Below, in pieces: positions 53,338 through 64,000 of a stretch of DNA of 64,000 bases. Each line of letters opens with the position of its first letter. Within the stretch, counting starts at the first letter, position 1. The notes under the pieces were generated by a model. It did not search any database. It saw only the letters and a program-made list of their open reading frames with translations, and was not told where the DNA came from. The translations under genes were made by a program, and so were the position numbers. Source of the DNA: an uncultured Desulfarculus sp. (GTDB lineage Bacteria > Desulfobacterota > Desulfarculia > Desulfarculales > Desulfarculaceae); assembly GCA_963665125.2 (NCBI GenBank), contig CAXXUK010000001.1:3648001-3712000 (forward strand), given 5' to 3'.

Positions 53338-54324
53338 ATGTTAAACAATACGATACCCTCAAATGATTATAATGATAAACGGACTTTTAACGGCAAGATA
53401 CCAAGTTCTCCAACGGTTCTCCCCTTTTTCTCCCGCCATGAAACTTTCCATCCCCGGTTTGGATGGCTGAAGAAGGGATTCGATATGGCGCTTCAACATC
53501 CCGATCTTTTCCGCAGAAATGATGCTCCCGTGATTCTTGGGGTCGGGAAGAATATGGTTCGCGCCATCAGATACTGGTGTAGTGCCTTCAAGGTGCTGGA
53601 TGAAGTAGATGACGGGTCGGGAAGGGGCAAAAAGATCGTCCCCACTGCTCTGGGAATCAAGCTCCTCAGCGATGAGGGCTGGGATCCTTATCTGGAGGAT
53701 TCAGCTTCCCTCTGGCTTCTCCACTGGAGCCTTCTTAAACCTCCGTGCCAGGCGCCTTCGTGGTTCTATGTGTTCAACCTGTTCAGGCACAATGAATTTA
53801 CTTCGTTGGATATCCTTATAGGGCTTGAGGATTTTAAAACGGTTCATCTCCCTGAAGCCAGGGCGGTTACCTCTTCCCTTAAAAAGGACATATCCTGCCT
53901 CATAAGGATGTACACGGAAAAACAGCATAGCGAGGGACCTGTGGAGGATTCCATTAATTCACCTTTCATGGCTTTGAGCCTGATTAAAGAAGCAGTCGGT
54001 TCAAATCATCTCTATTTCAATTTCGAGAAAAAACACAACCTCCCGGCTTCTATTCTGACTGCCGTTTGCCTGGATTATGCGGCAGAGACATCGGGCAATG
54101 CCAAGACCATCGACACAAACAGGCTTCTCTATAACGAAGGCTCTCCGGGGCTGATATTAAGAATCAGACAGCAGCAGCTCGTAGCAGCTCTGGAAGATGT
54201 CTGCGCTTCTGAAAAAAAGCTGTCATTGTCGGATTCTGCCGGATTAATCCAGTTGTCTTTCCCGGAATCGCCTGGAAAGATAAGGGATGAGCTTCTGGAA
54301 GGTTATTACAAAAAAAGTCATTAG
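53338..54324 (+). CDS. sspB: DUF4007 family protein, SspB-like
   Basis: FSRHETFHPRFGWLKKG, LGVGKNMVRAIRYW, DPYLED..LWLLHW; context with ATPase and PAPS reductase. Confidence 0.85.
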   Translation: MLNNTIPSNDYNDKRTFNGKIPSSPTVLPFFSRHETFHPRFGWLKKGFDMALQHPDLFRRNDAPVILGVGKNMVRAIRYWCSAFKVLDEVDDGSGRGKKIVPTALGIKLLSDEGWDPYLEDSASLWLLHWSLLKPPCQAPSWFYVFNLFRHNEFTSLDILIGLEDFKTVHLPEARAVTSSLKKDISCLIRMYTEKQHSEGPVEDSINSPFMALSLIKEAVGSNHLYFNFEKKHNLPASILTAVCLDYAAETSGNAKTIDTNRLLYNEGSPGLILRIRQQQLVAALEDVCASEKKLSLSDSAGLIQLSFPESPGKIRDELLEGYYKKSH

Positions 54325-54772
54325 CTGTCCTTCGCAGAAGGCATTTTAAAGTCAGGAAGAAATAAACCACAGAGGACTGAGTGCACAGAGAGGAAATGGA
54401 GAGGAATGGGAAAGGAAATTGAGAGGTAAATATTCAGACCCTTGTCACAGGAGCAATTTGCAATTGCGACAATTCCCGAAATTTCCGTGAGGCTAGCGAC
54501 TTCGCGTAGCTCCTGCGGGAAGGGATCTGAATACATATATTGAGAAATTCCGGTTGTCAATTTCCACCACCAGTATATTTGAATCCATCACAGGAGGAAG
54601 GGGAATTCCCGACTGTGAAAGGGCAAAACCAGGAAAACAGCAAAGCCATAAATTTGGTTAATGCTCAGGACAAGCGGGCTGGAGGCCCTCCCACATTAGA
54701 TGTTGAATAAACATATTTCTTTTATAGCGAAAATCCATTATAAGATAACAGCGGAAGGAAAAATTTCGAATA

Positions 54773-56435
54773 ATGAAACTGCTCTACGAAATAATTGAAA
54801 TAAACAGAAGATATGCACGATCAATTAATCTTGAAAGAGATTTTGATATTCCCGGCAGCCTGGAGGGGTATATTCCCACTTCACGCGCTATTGATGTTCT
54901 TCAGCGGTTTATCTACTCCAGTGCAATTCCCGATACAAACCGTGCCTGGACTGTTACCGGAGTTTATGGAACCGGCAAGTCCGCTTTTGCCCATTTTCTT
55001 ATATCTCTTTGTGGAACTTCCGGAAACCCTGCAAGGGATAAGGCATTCTCCATTCTCAGAAATAATGAAGGGACACGGGGTCTTGTTTATGAGGATTTCG
55101 TCAGATATTTACCGGAAGAAGGTCTTCTGAGAGCCGTTGCCACCGCTTCCTCGGAACCGGTAAGCAATACCGTTATAAAAGCTTTGCATAGAAGCCTCAG
55201 CGATTTGACTGAGGAAGCTGAAAAGTCTGGAATTGATGTTATAAAGAAAATAAAAGAGATTTACGGAAAAATTCTGTCCGGATATAAAGCAGGAAACGAA
55301 GAGGTTCTCAATCTTCTGAAAAAACTTGCGGAAACCGCAGGGAAGGGCATTATCATTATTCTTGATGAACTGGGCAAGAACCTGGAATACTCGGTCTATA
55401 ACCGATCCATAAATGATTTATATCTCCTTCAGCAAATTGCTGAGATGCCGGCCCACAAGGATTCTCCCGCTGTTTTTCTCCTGTGTCTGATGCACCGTTC
55501 ATTTTCCGACTATACATCGGGGCTTTCAGAATCCCAGCGGAATGAGTGGGGAAAGATTCACGGAAGGTTTTGAGGATATTGCTTTTTCTGAAGAGGACAG
55601 TCAGGTCATAAACCTGATGAGCAGTGCAATAAAGATGAAAGTTGATGCTCAAACCGGAAAAACTGTTGAATTATGGGCGGAAAGTTGGGAGAAATACCTT
55701 CATGACTCTTTGAAAATTCCCCATATAAACAGGCAAGAGCTGAAAGGTCTTTATCCCCTTCATCCCCTGACCACGCTGGTTCTCCCCATTCTATGCCATA
55801 AATTCGCCCAGAACGACAGAACCCTGTTCACTTTCATCACTGGATCGGAGCCATACAGCTTCAGGCGTTTTCTTGAAGGAACTCCCTGGAACGGGAGAAA
55901 AACGGAAGTATTGAAGCTTCATAACCTCTATGATTACTTTGTGGAATCCGTAGCGTTGACCGGCTCCATATCGGGTAATCTGCAGAAATGGGCGGAGATT
56001 CAGGAGGCTATACAGAGTAAAAGGTTCCTGCCGGTGGAGCTGCAGAATGTTCTGAAAACCGTGGGAATACTGAACCTGTGCTTTTCCGGGGGAACTCCTT
56101 TGAAAGCCTCGGTGGATGTGGTCGTCGCCGCCCTCTGCAATAACAGCCCCGATGAAAAGGAAGTCCGGATAAGGAAGGTACAAATAGAACAGATTCTCGA
56201 ACAAAACATAGCCACATGGTGGAAGAGCCTCGATGAAATAAGGCTGTGGGAGGGGTCCGATTTTGACATACAGGAAGCGGTATCAAAGGAGAGCGAACTC
56301 ACAAGGCTTCCCCTTCATCAACTGATGTCCCGTTTCAATCCCTTAAGCCCTGTTGTGGCGCAGAGACACAGTTACAAAACTGGAACACTGAGGTATTTCA
56401 GGAGGGAGTATGGGGGATCAGTTGTCAAAAACTAA
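54773..56435 (+). pseudogene. sspC: SspC-like ATPase, frameshift at ~55570 and 3' truncation
   Basis: RSINLERD, GVYGTGKS, IILDELGK, EWGKIHGRF|EDI, YPLHP, AQNDRTLFTF; ends shortly after HSYKTGTLRYF. Confidence 0.75.
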
Positions 56436-56442
56436 AGAGTCA

Positions 56443-56768
56443 TCAAGCATCTGGTCTGTAAACTTTTTTTAGAATAATATTTCTCTCAAACGCTCCTCTT
56501 TCAATCTTTTTTAATTCTTTGATTTTTAAAACATAATCTAAATCATGTCCCTTTTTTATTGCAATATTTTCTATAACCTCGATTAAATCTGCGAGTTCTT
56601 CAACCTCACCACTCTGATTAAATTCATCTGCCCTCTTCATATATTTTCTTAGCAAGATATTTAATTGCTTCATCATCTGATACGAATTTTACTTTCGCAT
56701 TTCTTGCCTTTATGAGTTATTATTTCTGGAATCAAATCTCTTACAATTTTGTCATAGTTTATGAGCAT
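56443..56768 (-). pseudogene. MazG-like / PR-ATP pyrophosphohydrolase-like protein (frameshifted)
   Basis: YDKIVRDLIPEII in one frame, EELADLIEVI..ERGAF in another. Confidence 0.7.
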
Positions 56769-56772
56769 AAAT

Positions 56773-59386
56773 CTATCCTTCATCTATAAACTGGAATATT
56801 TTCGCTTCTAAATCATAATTAAGCCTTGTTTTATAATAATCCTTTAAATCCTCTTTCATCTGTCTTTTGATATTTTCTATATCGTTAATATTTAAGGATT
56901 TCCAAAGATGATTGTTAAACGAAACCTCAGAGAGATCCTTACAATAGTTAATAAATCTTTTTCTTTCGAATTTTTCATAAGGATATTTAAGGACATGTCT
57001 TTTAACACTTTTTTTATCAATCAGAAATTCTTTATTATTGTATGGAGACTTTTCAGATTCGACAGTAAGTCTTTTATCCATAAGATATAAATAAAACGAA
57101 ATATATGAATTTAAAAATGCGTCAATATTCGCAATCCCCTTTGAATTTACATGCTTTAATAAAGACAGTATGAAAATCATTTTATAACTGTAAGTATAGT
57201 CCTTATTGCCAATAAACTCAAAAAAATCGTTTTTAATTGTTGTAATATCTCTTGGTTTTAAATCTAATTGTTTTCTGATTAATTCAATGCTACTTTTGTA
57301 AAAAAAATATAGATTTCTATTTCCAAAAGAGAATTCTTTATCAGGTATTATTTTCCGGTTTTTTATATGAATCCGAACTGTTTCTTCACTTACCCATAGT
57401 TCTCGTGATAACTCTGGCATTGAAATCATATCTTCAACTTTTTGTTCAAAAGTAAATGGGTCAATTTCCTGCAATGATGAAACCCAGAGATTAATATCAA
57501 GATTCTGAATGAAATCCGGTTGTATTTTTAGTTTCATCAGCGAATCCGGACAACATACAAAATCACCAATTCGATATTGATTGAGGTTAAATACAGCATG
57601 AATACTCCAGGAAGGATCCGTTGTCATAAAATTATCTACAAAATCAACTACCAATAGATAATCCTTTCCTTCAGATTTTCGAACACCCCTTCCAAGTTGT
57701 TGCATATAAAGGACTTTTGACATTGTTGGTCTTGCCATAAATAAGACAGATGTCTTTGGTGAATCCCAGCCTTCTGACAATAGCGAGCAAGCCATTAAAA
57801 CATCTACATCGCCATTATGATAGCGATTGAGAATATCTTCTCTCTCCTTTATATTCATTGAGCCGTGAATTTCTGACGATTTGATTCCGTTTTTATTAAA
57901 CAGTTTTGCTAACCTTTTAGCATGATCTACTGAAATACAGAAAATAACAGTTTTCTTTCCTGTTCCCTTTATATATTTTATATATGTCTCTAAAATTATA
58001 TCATCTCTTTGATCCACTATCAGGCGTTTTTCTAAATCTTTCTTTGTGTAATCATACCTGTTGACTTTTATATTACTGAAATCAATATTGGTATTAATGC
58101 GAATTGCTCTTATAGGTGCAAGTTTTCCTTTCTTAATTGCTCTTTGAATGTCAAGACTATGTGCGATTTTGCCAAATATTTCTTCAAGGTCCTGTCTGTC
58201 TGATCTTTCAGGTGTAGCTGTTAGACCTAAGAGAAAATCAGGGTCAAGATAATTCTATATTAAAAATCTATATGTTCGTGCAGCCCCATGATGAGCTTCA
58301 TCGATAATTACATATTTATAATAATCGGGTTCAATATTCCTTAGGTTATTGAACATGCCCTGAATTGTTCTACATGTAATTTTTCCTTCATTCCAGGCAG
58401 AACCCCAATGTTCCTGAAATCGAGTTTTTGCTTGTTCTATCAATTCTTTTGTATGAGCTACATATAAAGTATTTCCATTAATTCTCTGAGCATCTTTAAT
58501 TGCAATTACTGTTTTTCCTGTACCTGTTGCCTGTGTCAATAATGCTGCTTTATCCCCATTATTCCTTGCTTCTTCTAAAGCCTTTAACGCTTGCTCCTGA
58601 TGTTCCCAGTTATCAACAAAATATACCTTGTTTCTCTCGATTAACTCCTCATGTCTAAAAAAGGTAAGATTTGAGAAATAATCTTTTAAAAATTGAATGA
58701 TTTCATCCTTATTTTCAACAAGTTGCCTGCTTGTCCATCTAAAAACCTTGAATCCCTTACTCACAATATAATTTTGACGCTGTATTTGTTTAAGATATGG
58801 CTTTATTCCTGTGAAACACGGGTTATGAAATGTTTCCCCGTTTATTTCGATTGCAATGAGACCAATTGAAGTTTTTAGAACATAATCTATATAGATAATG
58901 TTCTCTCCGTTATATTTAATGGGATATTGGGAAACTCAAAAATTCTCTGTTATCGAATCCTAAAGCAGAAGCAAAAATTTCTTCAAAATCATCTTCAGAT
59001 TTGGTTGTATTTACTGTTCTAATGAAGTCTTTCTGGGCAACATTAAGATCGGAAATATGAAAATCAAGGTTTTCTTTTGTATAATCCGGAGATAGAATTC
59101 TAAAGACAGAATAATCTTCTGAGAACAGCTTGTTCTGTTTTTCCAATTCTTCCCCGTATCTTTCAGGGTTTGCAGCTCTGTCTTTGATCCAGTTATCGTC
59201 TATAAATATTATTTTGTTTGTTTTCTACCAACATATCTTTCATAGTATATATTTCTTCATTTCAAGTAAGAAAACCTTCTCACATTCAAGACCTAAAATA
59301 TTCAATATAAAATCTGCAAGAGCATTCTCAATCAAGCGCTTCCAATAATCCAGGCGATTAAAGAAGTCTGTCCCGGTGTTTTGCAT
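56773..59386 (-). pseudogene. SF2 DEAD/DEAH (restriction-type) helicase with N-terminal DUF559/Vsr-like nuclease region, several frameshifts
   Basis: IAIEINGETFH, QATGTGKT, IIDEAHH, LGLTATPER, EGWDSP, QQLGRGVR, YSYKM across fragments 56773-58017, 58255-58764, 58916-59146. Confidence 0.75.
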
Positions 59387-59499
59387 CCATCGGTATTCCT
59401 TCCTTTTGATTACGGCAATATGGGAATGACCGAAGAGTCACGAAAAGCCCCGGAGAGACTTAGCTTCTGTAAGCCGACATCAATTATCGAATTTTAAAT

Positions 59500-59790
59500 A
59501 TTACACAGCTCAGGCAGAGATGCCTGAGCTACTGGTATTTAATGTGAATCCCCGGCTGAGTAAGTGGTTCTTCTGCAAGAACCGGACTGACTGAGCTGCA
59601 GGCTTCCCAGGGAAGCCGGGATGGTTACATGTGTGTTCGGAAAGAGAACACAGGCAATTCCCGGCAAGTTACAATCATGCAATTCAGGTAGCCGGGTGGC
59701 CCCTGCCCCCGGCGACAGGTATGGAACCGAGTCAACATTGGATAATCGGGACCAACTGCCCACAAGACTGTGTGCAGTACCGGGTTTTGC
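59500..59790. repeat. Cluster of REP/REPIN-like hairpins
   Basis: AGCTCAGGCA-gaga-TGCCTGAGCT; GGCTTCCC-a-GGGAAGCC; GGTAGCCGGG..CCCGGC; CTGCCCACAAGACTGTGTGCAGTACC. Confidence 0.65.
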
Positions 59791-59922
59791 CCTATTTTCA
59801 CCCTGACCGGGCGCCAACGGGGAAGGTTGATCAGCCTGAAAATCTCCGGATTTACCAATCTTCTCCTTAACTAAAGAAACTTATAATACTGTAAATCAAG
59901 AATCTTATTCAGGAAGGTCTAA

Positions 59923-60709
59923 ATGCGTCATATTTTAGGTCTCTCAGGCGGTAAGGATTCCACCGCCCTCGCCATTCTTCTTCATAAAGATATCCCGGAA
60001 ATGGAGTATTTCTTCTGCGATACGGGCAGAGAACTGGATGAGACATACTCATATCTGGAAAAAATCAAAGCAAGGCTTAATATTAAAATCACATACCTCA
60101 ACCCCGAAAGAAACTTTGATTTCTGGCTCGATATGTATGGAGGATACCTCCCTTCTTCCCAGTCCCGGTGGTGCACCCGGCAGCTCAAGATAAAACCCCT
60201 GGAAAAATTCATCGGCGATGACGAGACATTCAGCTTCATCGGAATCAGAGCGGACGAAACCGGGACGGCTACATATCCTCAAAACCCAATATAAAACCGG
60301 TCTATCCCTTCAAAGAGAGAAATATGGGGAAGGAAGATATTCTCAAACTTCTGGAAGACAAGGGCATAGGGCTTCCCGACTATTATCAATGGCGCTCCCG
60401 TTCGGGGTGCTTCTTCTGCTTTTTTTCAGCGTAAAATCGAATGGATAGGCTTACACGAACACCACCCCGACCTTTTTGAGAAAGCTGCAAAGTATGAACA
60501 GGAACACAAAGACGGCAGAATCTACACCTGGAACCAGGGCGAAACCCTCTGGGAAATCCTCGCCCGCAAAGACGAAATAGTAGCTGAATTCAACAAAAGA
60601 CAGGAAATCACAAAAAAAATCCAAACCGGGCAGAAGCCTGTCGGAGATCTTTGAAGAGACAGTAGAAGACGACGGGTATGAGCAGATGTGCAGGATTTGT
60701 TCACTATAA
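59923..60709 (+). CDS. sspD: PAPS-reductase family protein, SspD-like (homopolymer frameshifts at ~60257, ~60425, ~60650)
   Basis: LSGGKDS, FFCDTG, RWCTRQLKIKP, IGIRADE, RSRSGCFFCF, C-terminal CRICSL. Confidence 0.8.
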
Positions 60710-60729
60710 ACAATCAGGAGGCTATTAAC

Positions 60730-63700
60730 TTGAGTTTAGGTGATAACAGTGTGTATCCGCATGAACGGGATGCCTTAAATCAGATTGAGGAATTATTAAG
60801 GAATGTCAGTAGTCAGATTTCTCTTTATGGAAATCTTGAGTTTCCAGACAACAAAAATATATTTTTAGAATGTGATTTAATTTTAGTCTGTAACAGTGGA
60901 ATATTCATTATTGAACTGAAAAACTGGTATGGCAGAATTGAGATACACAATGATTTCTGGCAGAGAGAATATGATGAAATAATCAGTCCACACAAATTGA
61001 ATATAAGTAAATGTAAAAATTTGATGAACTATCTCAAGAAGAAGCAACCGACTATTCATCTGCCCATAGTCCGCTCAATTCTGGTGTTGACCAATGAAGA
61101 AGCGGAAATACATGGGGCTGATGAACCGGATATGGCTTCAACCAACTGTCATGAAAATAAGGCATTTACTTTTGATGGTGTCACAAATTTCGCAAAATAT
61201 ATCAGAAGATTTATTAAAGACAATGACTCTCAGCAGGTAAGCAATAGTACAGGCATTGTTAATCACTGGCTTAAAAAGTTAAATGAAGAGCATCAATTCA
61301 GTAAACAGATTCCCGGCTTTACCATTGTAGAAGAAAGATCCGTGAATTCTTTATGGTCGGAGTTTCTTGCCCGTCCGGAATCAATTTATGATAACAGCAT
61401 CAGAAAACTCAGGGTTTATGGAAATATCAGCCAAGACCCTTCTGAAAAAGAAAAACAGTTAAGGGGAATAAATACACTTAAAAAAATCGGACCCCATCCC
61501 AATATTCTGTCGGTTCAGGACTATCCCAATGAAAAGAAAATATTGATTGAAGTTTCTCTATGGTCAGATTCGGGGACTCTTCGGGATTTTCTTAAGAGAG
61601 AAAAGAAAGAGCATCGAAAAGGTCTGAAATTCTCAGAAGCACTGAGAATTTCCCTGGATATTGCCAGAGCCTTGACTCATATTCACAACAATGAAAATAT
61701 AATTATTCACCGGGATTTAAGACCTGAGAATATTCTTATATCAGGAAACAGGGCACAGTTAATGAACTTTGACCTGTCATATAATGCAGACAGTTCGTTT
61801 ACAGTAATGAGCGATGAGGATAAAAAAGCTACCAGTCCTTATAAAGCTCCTGAGGTATATAATGGGAAAGAGGATACAGCTTCAGATATTTTCAGTTTCG
61901 GGGTAATACTATATGAATTGCTTAAAGGAAATACTCCTTTCAAATCTTCAAACGAGATGCTTGGTAACCATGTTTGCAATCTGAATATTACCCCTCAGGA
62001 AATAAGAGAATGCAAAGATGAAGAGAGACTGGAAGTAATTATCAGGCTGATAAAAAAATGCTTGTCCCCCAATATTAAAGAACGCCCCGATGCAGAAACT
62101 CTTATAAAAGTATTGGAAGAAGACAACTCCGATAAAAAAACTATGAAAAAGAGAATAAACTATGAAAACAGAGTTTTGGAAACCGGAACTTCATATAATA
62201 CCTATGAAATTGTGGGATTGTTGGGAAAAGGGGCAACAGCTCAGGTTTATGAAGCATTGAATACTGAAGATCCTGTTATGCTGAAATTATTCAACATTGA
62301 TACTCCTATGGAAATGTTTCTCAATGAGAAGAATATGCTTCAGAAAATAGATAGTCCTTATGTTATAAGACATAAAAGTCAGGGACAATGGGAAGATGAA
62401 AGGTTTTATATTGAGCAGGAATATTTCCAGGGTAAGACGCTCTTTGATATGATTAATGAAGGTGTTCGTCCCAATATAAATGCATTTAAAACTGTAACCG
62501 AACATCTTCTTACAGCTCTTTCTGAACTTCACAAAGATTCTAACGAAGATGAAGACAAAGATGAAAATGAAGATGTGATAATTCACAATGATATTAATCC
62601 AAGAAATATACTGATAAATGATAAACTGGCTTTGAAAGTAATTGATCTGGGTGTCGCTTCGCCTCCAGGGAGAGGGAAATACTGTGGAACACCGGGATAT
62701 ATACCTCTGGATTTGATAGCCGGGGATGAAAAAATCTATTCTCCACAGGTGGATCTGTTTGGAGCGGGGATCTCCCTTCTGGAATGGCTCACAGGAGAGA
62801 ATCCTTATAAATCGGATAATCCGTTTGACAAATCATTGGACAATATCAAGAATCTCCCTGATAATCTTAAAGAATGGTTTGTCAGGGGAATATCCCTTTG
62901 TGCCGATGAGCGGTTTAAATCGGCAACGGAAATGCTCACATTTTTTAGTGAGATATTTGAAGCTAAAGAAGAAATAATTACTGACCCTGTAGTGCCGGTT
63001 AAACCGATTCAGGAACCAATCTTTATAGCAGAAACTGAAGATGAGGACTATGGTGGAGACTTGGAAGAAACCTCAGTTGGGAAATCGGGGCTGGAAAGCC
63101 CCTCCTACAAAGTGGGATCTGAATGTTTACGGATTTTAAATGCCGGTCCTAACTTCGTGGATTATCTCAACAGCTTGCATAATGTAACCCCCGATAATGA
63201 AAATGCCCTGGCGGAATCACAGGCTGTGAGTGATGAATTTGGAAAAATCTGTGTGCGTCATAATGATATACATGACAAGATAATTTCTATACTTAAAGGG
63301 GAAGACTTTTCTGATGATTCTGTAATTGTTCTTACAGGACATGCCGGGGACGGAAAATCCACCATAGCCCTGGAGATATTAAAGGAATTGCTGGGTATTT
63401 CAAGGAAGAACAGACTACCCAATGCTCCCGAAAAAGAAGAAAAAGTTGTTGTCAACAATCGGGAGATAACAATTCTCAAAGATATGAGTGAACTCTCATC
63501 CGACGAGAGACACAAAATACTGGAAAGAGCGTTGAAAAATTCAGGAAGCTGGCTCCTGGTTTCCAACACTGGACCATTTCTGGAGACATTTTCTGAAATA
63601 GCGGCATATAACAATAAAAACAGAGATGATATGGAAAACAAAATTCTTGAGTCTCTCAGTTCGGAAATAGAGCATATAAACAATGAAAAGCATTGGATAA

Positions 63701-64000
63701 GAGACTTTGAGAAGCCTGTGTTGGTAGTTAATCTAGCTAATTTCGACAATGAATTTATCGCCGAAGGAATTCTGAATAAAATAATCGATCATAATTTCTG
63801 GAAAGAATGTGGTAATTGCAGACATAAAAATTTTTGCCCCGTTTTAACCAATATCAATGCATTAAAAATATTTCCCGATGCAATAAATAGAATTCTTATG
63901 TTACACCGCAGAATTACCGGATATGGCAAAAGGTTGACTGCTAGGCAGTTATCCGCTCATATTGCTTTCTCACTGACGGCGGGCTTGAACTGCCGTGATG
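60730..64000 (+). CDS. NERD nuclease - kinase - kinase - P-loop ATPase protein, SspF/Mad6-like (open at window end; absent from ORF track)
   Basis: RBS AGGAGG plus TTG; ECDLIL..IIELKNWYGRI (NERD); IHRDLRPEN..MNFDL; LGKGATAQVY, IHNDINPRN, IDLG; VLTGHAGDGKST. Confidence 0.85.
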   Translation, partial: MSLGDNSVYPHERDALNQIEELLRNVSSQISLYGNLEFPDNKNIFLECDLILVCNSGIFIIELKNWYGRIEIHNDFWQREYDEIISPHKLNISKCKNLMNYLKKKQPTIHLPIVRSILVLTNEEAEIHGADEPDMASTNCHENKAFTFDGVTNFAKYIRRFIKDNDSQQVSNSTGIVNHWLKKLNEEHQFSKQIPGFTIVEERSVNSLWSEFLARPESIYDNSIRKLRVYGNISQDPSEKEKQLRGINTLKKIGPHPNILSVQDYPNEKKILIEVSLWSDSGTLRDFLKREKKEHRKGLKFSEALRISLDIARALTHIHNNENIIIHRDLRPENILISGNRAQLMNFDLSYNADSSFTVMSDEDKKATSPYKAPEVYNGKEDTASDIFSFGVILYELLKGNTPFKSSNEMLGNHVCNLNITPQEIRECKDEERLEVIIRLIKKCLSPNIKERPDAETLIKVLEEDNSDKKTMKKRINYENRVLETGTSYNTYEIVGLLGKGATAQVYEALNTEDPVMLKLFNIDTPMEMFLNEKNMLQKIDSPYVIRHKSQGQWEDERFYIEQEYFQGKTLFDMINEGVRPNINAFKTVTEHLLTALSELHKDSNEDEDKDENEDVIIHNDINPRNILINDKLALKVIDLGVASPPGRGKYCGTPGYIPLDLIAGDEKIYSPQVDLFGAGISLLEWLTGENPYKSDNPFDKSLDNIKNLPDNLKEWFVRGISLCADERFKSATEMLTFFSEIFEAKEEIITDPVVPVKPIQEPIFIAETEDEDYGGDLEETSVGKSGLESPSYKVGSECLRILNAGPNFVDYLNSLHNVTPDNENALAESQAVSDEFGKICVRHNDIHDKIISILKGEDFSDDSVIVLTGHAGDGKSTIALEILKELLGISRKNRLPNAPEKEEKVVVNNREITILKDMSELSSDERHKILERALKNSGSWLLVSNTGPFLETFSEIAAYNNKNRDDMENKILESLSSEIEHINNEKHWIRDFEKPVLVVNLANFDNEFIAEGILNKIIDHNFWKECGNCRHKNFCPVLTNINALKIFPDAINRILMLHRRITGYGKRLTARQLSAHIAFSLTAGLNCRD

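Larger units (their letters stand above)
41471..64000. mobile_element. Defence-type genomic island starting at the mnmE 3' end (right end not in window)
   Basis: Abrupt switch to defence-like genes with heterogeneous base composition; mnmE/trmE is a known integration hotspot; no integrase seen in window. Confidence 0.55.

Noticed and set aside
54618..54695. c-di-GMP-I riboswitch (GGCAAA..GAAA..GCAAAGCC)
   Set aside because: Only scattered motif words; the P2/P3 stems do not pair convincingly
56410..56440. IS terminal inverted repeat at the sspC truncation point
   Set aside because: No matching inverted copy or transposase found by eye
53338..64000. BREX type 4 or MADS assignment
   Set aside because: No pglZ/brxL or type I-like methyltransferase/specificity genes in window; gene set fits Ssp better, though downstream genes are unseen

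Overview
Bacterial chromosomal window, moderately AT-rich, standard genetic code (many genes end in TGA). Positions 1-41470 are a mosaic of housekeeping genes (cysS, yjbQ, mnmE) and many secreted, membrane and repeat proteins (ankyrin, HEAT, TPR, GIN, caspase lipoprotein), with REP/REPIN-like palindromes in the intergenic gaps. From the 3' end of mnmE to the window end lies a defence-type island. It carries (i) a three-gene module: a divergent Zn-ribbon sigma-like protein, a HEAT/beta-domain anti-sigma-like protein, and a 1590-aa Lon-type Ser-Lys protease fused to a NACHT NTPase, plus a conserved promoter-like motif repeated upstream of three island genes; (ii) a methyltransferase-like gene with DUF1848; (iii) an Ssp-type phosphorothioation locus (sspB, truncated sspC, sspD, sspF-like NERD-kinase-ATPase) interrupted by an AT-rich helicase/MazG-like cassette. 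Other highlights are an unannotated secreted UxxC selenoprotein candidate with a SECIS-like hairpin, an ATPase-dead ClpC-TIR fusion behind an ADP-ribosylglycohydrolase, a 37-aa peptide with a convergent antisense promoter, and a ~105-aa domain shared by two unrelated island proteins. Several single-base frameshifts fall in homopolymers and may be sequencing errors. All family calls come from motif recognition by eye; no searches were run.
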